The notes under the pieces are model-generated. The model ran no database searches and had not been told where the DNA came from. It saw only the letters and a program-made list of their open reading frames with translations. The position numbers were made by a program, and so were the translations under genes. A DNA stretch of 20,000 nt from an uncultured virus (IMG/VR IMGVR_UViG_3300023097_000002) (Duplodnaviria; Heunggongvirae; Uroviricota; Caudoviricetes), in IMG/VR virus record IMGVR_UViG_3300023097_000002, positions 52,270 through 72,269 of that record; one strand, given 5' to 3'. Shown in pieces: positions 15,070-20,000 of this stretch. Numbering within the stretch: the first letter of the stretch is position 1; every line of letters starts with the position of its first letter.

Positions 15070-15350
15070 CACGACGATGATCTCTCGGGTTTCTGCCATG
15101 AATCCAGACCATCACGGCCCTCGCCGGATTCAGGAGAAACGGGCCTGCGCCACGCACGGAAGTTCTTCAAATACACCCATCCGTACGCACCGGCCGAGAC
15201 GAGGAAACCGTACTGTCTCGTACTGATGGCGTACGCGAGCCAGAGCCCCTGCGCACCAAGTCCGACGGCCCAGCCCCAGGGGCTCTTCCTGCCAGCCAGC
15301 CACAGGCCGAAGACGCCCACGGCCGTCAGCACCCAGCTCCACCACTGCAA
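15069..15350 (-). CDS. Half-size PnuC-like (nicotinamide riboside transporter-like) membrane protein
   Basis: About three TM helices with the pattern WSW.LT..G..GLWLAGRK..WGW.VG...Q.LW..YA....QYG....Y..V...N...W. TTG start. Confidence 0.75.
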   Translation of the reverse strand: MQWWSWVLTAVGVFGLWLAGRKSPWGWAVGLGAQGLWLAYAISTRQYGFLVSAGAYGWVYLKNFRAWRRPVSPESGEGRDGLDSWQKPERSSS

Positions 15351-15399
15351 CGCAACACCCCGATCTGTTGCCGCGCCGTTCCACGCGCCAACGGAAGTT

Positions 15400-15426
15400 G
15401 TTCGGTCCGGCTCCGGGAAACCGAAC
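15400..15426 (-). terminator. Hairpin just downstream of the M4 protease stop
   Basis: GTTCGGT...ACCGAAC outer stem with a CCGG/CCGG inner stem. Confidence 0.45.
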
Positions 15427-15429
15427 CGG

Positions 15430-16329
15430 TCAGATCGAGATGCCGACCTCGGTCCACGCCTCGCGCACCGCAGGGTTCAGGCCGCCCGAGTGCGTCCAGG
15501 TGGCCAGCGCGAGCTGCTTGAAGGTCGAGCGCGGCCCGAGGTCTTCCATCGCCCGACGCCACATCGCCAGCGGCCGTCCCCAGCTCGGCTCCCCGGTCTT
15601 CTCGCAGAGCAGGGCGAAGGCCCGGTTCGGGATGCCCGAGTTGATGTGGACGCCGCCGTTGTCGGCCCGGATCTTCTTGTACTGGTCCATGTGGCCAGGC
15701 TGCGGATCCCGGCCGAGGACGTCGTTGTCGTACGCGGTGCCCGGGTGCAGCATGTGCCGGACCGCCGAGGCGCCGTCGACCAGGATCTCCTCCCCGATCC
15801 GCCAGTCGTGCTGGTCCTGCTTGACCCACTGCTGGACGCAGGCGCCGAAGACGTCGGCCAGATGCTCGTTCAGGGCGCCGGACTCACCGGAGTAAATGAG
15901 CCCCGGGCCGAGCGAGACGAGCGCGTGGCCGAACTCGTGGGCCATGATGTCGAGCGCCTTGGTGAAGTCGCCGAACACGGCCCCGTCGCCTTCGCCGAAG
16001 ACGAGGTAGTTGCCGTTGAAGAAGGCGTTCGCGTAGTCGCGGCCGTAGTGCACGACTCCGTCGGGAAACTCGTCGGTCCCCAGGAGCTGGCTGATCAGGT
16101 AGGCGTTGCCCTTGACGCGTTCGGCCGCCTCGTCGTTGCCGCCCTGGACGAGCGCGCCGGGGATGGCCACCTTGTTCGACGCGGTGTAGACGCGGATCGG
16201 ACCGGAGGGGGCGACGGCGCTCTGCCGTTCTGCCCGGAGAGTGGTGTCGACCTTGATCCCGGCATTGAAAGACTTGTCGGTCTCGGCGACTTTCTTCGAC
16301 ATGTGCGGAGGGATGAAAGTGCAGATCAT
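15430..16329 (-). CDS. M4 family (thermolysin-fold) metalloprotease, protealysin-type
   Basis: NAFF.G...FG.GDG, HEFGH, SGALNEHLAD and DNGGVHINSGIPN motifs. Short propeptide CTFIPPH. No signal peptide. Confidence 0.93.
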   Translation of the reverse strand: MICTFIPPHMSKKVAETDKSFNAGIKVDTTLRAERQSAVAPSGPIRVYTASNKVAIPGALVQGGNDEAAERVKGNAYLISQLLGTDEFPDGVVHYGRDYANAFFNGNYLVFGEGDGAVFGDFTKALDIMAHEFGHALVSLGPGLIYSGESGALNEHLADVFGACVQQWVKQDQHDWRIGEEILVDGASAVRHMLHPGTAYDNDVLGRDPQPGHMDQYKKIRADNGGVHINSGIPNRAFALLCEKTGEPSWGRPLAMWRRAMEDLGPRSTFKQLALATWTHSGGLNPAVREAWTEVGISI

Positions 16330-16388
16330 GACGGCAGTCTACGCACCCCCTCTCACCGGTAGAATCCATCCGTGGAAAGGAGTACTTC

Positions 16389-16844
16389 GTGGCTCTGGAG
16401 AAGTCGTTCCGGGTGAGCACCCGCCATTCCGGCAGCCGCCGGTTCGTGCGGGTCTCCCTCTACTCGGATGCCGGTTCGATGCGCGCGGCGGCCCTGCGGC
16501 ACAGCCAGCGCGAGGGGTACATCCGCGACGACGAGTACAGCGGTGCGCATGGCGTCACCCACACCTTCGACGTCCTGCACATCGGCGCCGACGGCAGTGA
16601 GAAACGCAGCCCCACGGCAGCCCACATCCGCATGTACGACGGGGCGCTCGGCACCAGCGTGGTCACTCACGAGGTGGTGCACGCGGCCATGAGCATCTAC
16701 AACCAGGACTGCCTGAAGGACGGCACGGCCCACGAGGACATGAACCGTGAGGAGATCCTGGCGTATCTCGTCGGCGACCTGGCGGCCCGCATCGTGAACA
16801 AGATCTACGAGTTCGGCTACTACGGGAAGGACGACGATGCCTGA
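16389..16844 (+). CDS. Small HEXXH zinc-metallopeptidase-like protein
   Basis: VVTHEVVHAA...EEILAY motif. RBS GAAAGGAG. -10 TAGAAT at 16360-16365. Confidence 0.8.
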   Translation: MALEKSFRVSTRHSGSRRFVRVSLYSDAGSMRAAALRHSQREGYIRDDEYSGAHGVTHTFDVLHIGADGSEKRSPTAAHIRMYDGALGTSVVTHEVVHAAMSIYNQDCLKDGTAHEDMNREEILAYLVGDLAARIVNKIYEFGYYGKDDDA

Positions 16845-17283
16845 CGTGAACGGCGAGGACGAGCGGATGCTCCAGGCGGGCATGAAGACCAGGCCCACCC
16901 CCGAGGACAAGGCGGATTTCTTCCTGGAGGAGCAGCTTCGCGAAGCCCGCAGGCAGCAACGTGAACTGAACCAAAAGTACCCCTACATGGACGGTGGCAA
17001 GACGGTCCTGGGACCTGGGGTCTTTACCGACGGTGCGGTGATTTCCTGGAAGGGTGAGAACTACGTCCCGCAGTCCCACCTGAAGGCGTATCGGGACGTA
17101 CGTGCGGTCGCCGCAATCCACTGTTCGGCCCTGATGGAGCTTCTGCACGACGAAGGGATCCGTCTCCCCGAGAACGCCCTACGGGTCTATCAGCTCCTCT
17201 ACGACGAACTGACGCTGACGATGCCTGCCTTGGCTAAGGCGCATCCCGCCGTGCTGCCCCGACTTCCGGAGGGAATGGAATGA
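16837..17283 (+). CDS. Hypothetical phage protein
   Basis: Overlapping start and stop with both neighbours, and codon bias. Confidence 0.75.
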   Translation: MPDVNGEDERMLQAGMKTRPTPEDKADFFLEEQLREARRQQRELNQKYPYMDGGKTVLGPGVFTDGAVISWKGENYVPQSHLKAYRDVRAVAAIHCSALMELLHDEGIRLPENALRVYQLLYDELTLTMPALAKAHPAVLPRLPEGME

Positions 17284-17642
17284 TCCTGCTCGACGGCTAC
17301 TGCCCCACCTGCGGAAACCAGACCCTCTACGCGGAGGAGATGCGGGTGGTTAACCGCATCATCTGCATGGGCGACGACTGCCCGGATCCGCACTCGGTGC
17401 ACCGGATCCTCCAGGACGCGCAGACCGACCACATCGTGCACTTCTCCGGCTCCGGGTTCACCATCCGGCACCCGCTGCGCGAGCGCATCGACGACGCCCT
17501 GATGGACTGCGAGCTGCACCTGGCCCTGATGGGCATGCCCGGCCCGCCGGAGGGCAGGCCCGGCCGGTTCCGGATGTTCATGAAGGACGGCCGCTGGGGC
17601 ATGGAGCGACTGGAAGAAACGGAACAGGCGGATACCGCATGA
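17280..17642 (+). CDS. Zn-ribbon-containing conserved actinophage protein (DUF6085-like, recalled from memory)
   Basis: GYCPTCG...C....CPDP...HIV.F...F.I.HPLRER......C.LH motifs. ATGA overlaps. Confidence 0.8.
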   Translation: MILLDGYCPTCGNQTLYAEEMRVVNRIICMGDDCPDPHSVHRILQDAQTDHIVHFSGSGFTIRHPLRERIDDALMDCELHLALMGMPGPPEGRPGRFRMFMKDGRWGMERLEETEQADTA

Positions 17643-17989
17643 CGAGACAGAAGAAGACCCCCGAACAGAAGCTGGCCCGGCTGATCCAGGCGGGCACTTC
17701 CAAGCAGTACAGCGTCTGCCTCGCCGAGGCCAAGGTGATCCTCGCCGGTCGGGAAGAGGGTGCCGACGTTCTCGACATGAACTGCGGGGACCGCCTCACG
17801 GACTGGGTCTGCTCACTCCCTCCAGGTCCGCACCCCGGGTGGCGACACCTGGAGACCCTGACGGGCATCTGGTGGTCTCAGTCGAGGGCCTTCCCCTACT
17901 CGAACGCCGTCAAGGAAGAACCCGCCCCGAAGACCTTCCGGGGTCCGTCGGCCGATCTCGTGATCCTCGACGAAGCGGTGAAGCGATGA
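17639..17989 (+). CDS. Hypothetical protein
   Basis: ATGA overlaps on both sides. C.....C.LPPG.H...H module. C-terminal FRGPSADLVILDEA. Confidence 0.7.
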   Translation: MTRQKKTPEQKLARLIQAGTSKQYSVCLAEAKVILAGREEGADVLDMNCGDRLTDWVCSLPPGPHPGWRHLETLTGIWWSQSRAFPYSNAVKEEPAPKTFRGPSADLVILDEAVKR

Positions 17990-18696
17990 TGCCTGGGCAG
18001 TCACAGGACATGAAGCTCTTCGATTCCGGGCTGCTCTCGGCCGCTCTGGATGACGCCGCCTTTCCCCTCCTGGACGAACTCATGGAGTACTTCGTTCCCG
18101 AGGGGCCCTTCCTGACCTTCGGAGCGCCCGGGGCGGCCCGTGCCCTCAGCCTCTACGGCCGGACCGTCCTGGCCGACCGTGACCCTTTCGCCGACCCCTT
18201 CAACGGCGCTCGCGAAGAGGGCATCGAGGTGCGTGTGGCTGGACCCGAGGATCCGATGGTCTTCCCGCCGCGCCGGTTCGGCCTCGTGCATGCCCGCTGG
18301 CTTCCCTCGTTCGCGGGAAGCGTCCTGTCGAACATGACGAGGTGGCTGAAGCCCGGCGGAGTGCTGCTGATCGAGGCACCCGACGACTACCCGGCCCGCA
18401 ACCTGCCGCGCGGCCCGTACCAGGCCGTCTCCCAGGCGCTCGCCGACCGGCTGAACCTGGCGTCCACGGCCCCGCTGCCCGGCCTGCTGGTGAGACACGG
18501 CCTCACCCACATCGGAGTACGCCACCAGCTCCCGCTGACCTCCGCCTTCCATGTGCTGTTCCAGCATCTGGTGGAGCGGGGCGCCCCGTGGCCGGAGGTG
18601 GAGGACGCGGACCTGCGCGACTGGCCGCACGACCCGGTGGCCCAGACCCCGGCACTCACGAATGTGATGGCGTGGGGGCTGAAAACCCAGGAGTAA
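17986..18696 (+). CDS. Divergent class I SAM methyltransferase-fold protein
   Basis: FGLVHAR...VLSNM.RWLKPGGVLLIE motifs. Motif I is degenerate (FLTFGAPG). Confidence 0.7.
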   Translation: MMPGQSQDMKLFDSGLLSAALDDAAFPLLDELMEYFVPEGPFLTFGAPGAARALSLYGRTVLADRDPFADPFNGAREEGIEVRVAGPEDPMVFPPRRFGLVHARWLPSFAGSVLSNMTRWLKPGGVLLIEAPDDYPARNLPRGPYQAVSQALADRLNLASTAPLPGLLVRHGLTHIGVRHQLPLTSAFHVLFQHLVERGAPWPEVEDADLRDWPHDPVAQTPALTNVMAWGLKTQE

Positions 18697-18790
18697 TCTG
18701 CGGAAATACGCAGCAAGGTGCGAAGATGTATCCTCACGCCGCTGAACGGACAGATCCGGCAGGAAGAGCCGGGCGGAGAAGGAGAAAGAC

Positions 18791-19573
18791 GTGCAGAGTG
18801 TGCAGCCCCGGGTGTACCTCATCAGTGCCCCGGCACTGGACTACGACGAGATCGAGGAGTACCTGAACGAGGTCGGCGGCGGAAGCTGGCTCAGGCGGAT
18901 CGACGAGGACGACGACGCCCAGAACCTCGTCGAGTTCGCGGGCCGGTTCTGCTACCGGAGCTGGGAACCCGGGCTGAACCCGAACGTGACGCGCATCCGT
19001 GAGGATCAGGGCAAGTACCTGGAGAACATCCTCAGCTCCCGGCACGGCTCGGTCCTGGAGCACGCCCAGTTCACCTTCGCCCTGCACAACGTGAGCCGCG
19101 TCTTCACACACGAGCAGGTCCGCCACCGGGTCGGCACGGCGATCTCCCAGGAGTCGCTGCGGTTCGTGCGTCTGACCGATCTGCCGTTCTGGTTCCCGGA
19201 CTGGACGGACGAGGACGAAGAGCTGAAGAGCCGGGCCGTGAAGCTCCTGGAGCAGATGGAGGAGTTCCAGGGCTGGATGGCGGAGCGCTTCGGGCTCGAC
19301 AACCCGGGCGTGCCGTTCTCCGAGAAGAAGGCGAAGACGTCCTTCATGCGCCGCTTCGCCCCGGAAGGCGTGGCGACCGGCATGGTCTGGAGTGCGAACA
19401 TCCGCACCCTGCGGCACACCATCGAGTCCCGTACGGCGAAGGGCGCCGAGGAGGAAATCCGGATCATCTTCGACCGGATCGGCCGCATCATGCAGCAGGA
19501 GTGCCCGCTGCTCTTCGGTGACTACGAGGTCAGCGACGAGGGCGAGTGGATCCCGGGCTGGAGGAAGGTGTGA
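18791..19573 (+). CDS. thyX: Flavin-dependent thymidylate synthase
   Basis: AGRFCYRS, HGSVLEH, VSR.FTHEQVRHR...SQESLR (RHRx7SxR), N.R.LRH....R...A.EEIR. RBS AAGGAG. Confidence 0.96.
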   Translation: MQSVQPRVYLISAPALDYDEIEEYLNEVGGGSWLRRIDEDDDAQNLVEFAGRFCYRSWEPGLNPNVTRIREDQGKYLENILSSRHGSVLEHAQFTFALHNVSRVFTHEQVRHRVGTAISQESLRFVRLTDLPFWFPDWTDEDEELKSRAVKLLEQMEEFQGWMAERFGLDNPGVPFSEKKAKTSFMRRFAPEGVATGMVWSANIRTLRHTIESRTAKGAEEEIRIIFDRIGRIMQQECPLLFGDYEVSDEGEWIPGWRKV

Positions 19574-19716
19574 GTCCCTGGCTGCTTCTGCTGCTGGCGT
19601 GCCTGATCGGCGCGGTCTCCGGTGTGGTGACCTCGCTGCTCAGCGAGAAGACCATCCGGGCCCACGAGCGGGCGCGCTACCGCAGGGAAACCCTGGACGA
19701 CCTGGGGGACGGATGA
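19570..19716 (+). CDS. 48-aa single-pass membrane protein (absent from the ORF track)
   Basis: MSPWLLLLLACLIGAVSGVVTSLLSEK... GTGA and ATGA overlaps on both sides. Confidence 0.75.
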   Translation: MSPWLLLLLACLIGAVSGVVTSLLSEKTIRAHERARYRRETLDDLGDG

Positions 19717-19985
19717 GGCGCTACGAGGGCGAGGTGCTGGTCGTGGCCGGTGACGCCCTGCTCAACGCGAAGGCGTACCTGCTGGCGGTGGACGGATTCT
19801 GGGGCGGCTTCCTGACGATGCGCTCGACGGCCGGGGCGGAGCTGGTGATGGAGGCGCAGTTCAACAACCGCTTCCTCACCTTCAACACCCGCGACCCGTA
19901 CCCCTTCACCCCGCGCCGCACGAACGAGGAATCCCCCGTTCTCAGAATCACCGGCCTGCGGTCCGTCCCTCCGGAGCTGAAGTGA
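19713..19985 (+). CDS. 90-aa beta-rich hypothetical protein (DUF4873-like pattern)
   Basis: YEGE.LV......A.A.L.....WGG.L...RITG...PP pattern. ATGA overlap. Confidence 0.7.
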   Translation: MRRYEGEVLVVAGDALLNAKAYLLAVDGFWGGFLTMRSTAGAELVMEAQFNNRFLTFNTRDPYPFTPRRTNEESPVLRITGLRSVPPELK

Positions 19986-20000
19986 TCCTCGACCGGTACG

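Noticed and set aside
19982..20000. Start of a further gene (GTG ATC CTC GAC CGG TAC)
   Set aside because: Only six codons are visible, so no product can be assigned.
1..20000. CRISPR array, integrase/att site, IS element, rRNA
   Set aside because: No regularly spaced direct repeats, recombinase or transposase motifs, or rRNA-like sequence were seen.

Overview
High-GC tailed-phage (or prophage) DNA. An actinobacterial, probably Streptomyces-like, host is inferred from codon bias, TANNNT promoters and gene families. The minus strand carries a DNA-packaging and head module: putative TerS, TerL interrupted by an Ala1 class 3 intein in its Walker A motif, portal, protease-scaffold, DUF2190-type cement protein, major capsid protein and an Ig/PKD-domain protein. 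No head-tail connector or tail genes follow it. The module is interleaved with small accessory genes: orphan HicB-like antitoxins, an Acb2/Tad1-like hairpin protein, a protealysin-type M4 protease next to a second HEXXH protein, a half-size PnuC-like protein, two SAM methyltransferase-fold proteins, a secreted SH3-like protein, a MazG-like protein and ThyX. The strongest unexplained signals are two candidate small RNAs with the same promoter / 5' stem / linker / terminator layout (2305-2434 minus and 10498-10587 plus). The first exposes an anti-Shine-Dalgarno tract. All family calls come from motif recognition by eye; no database search was run.
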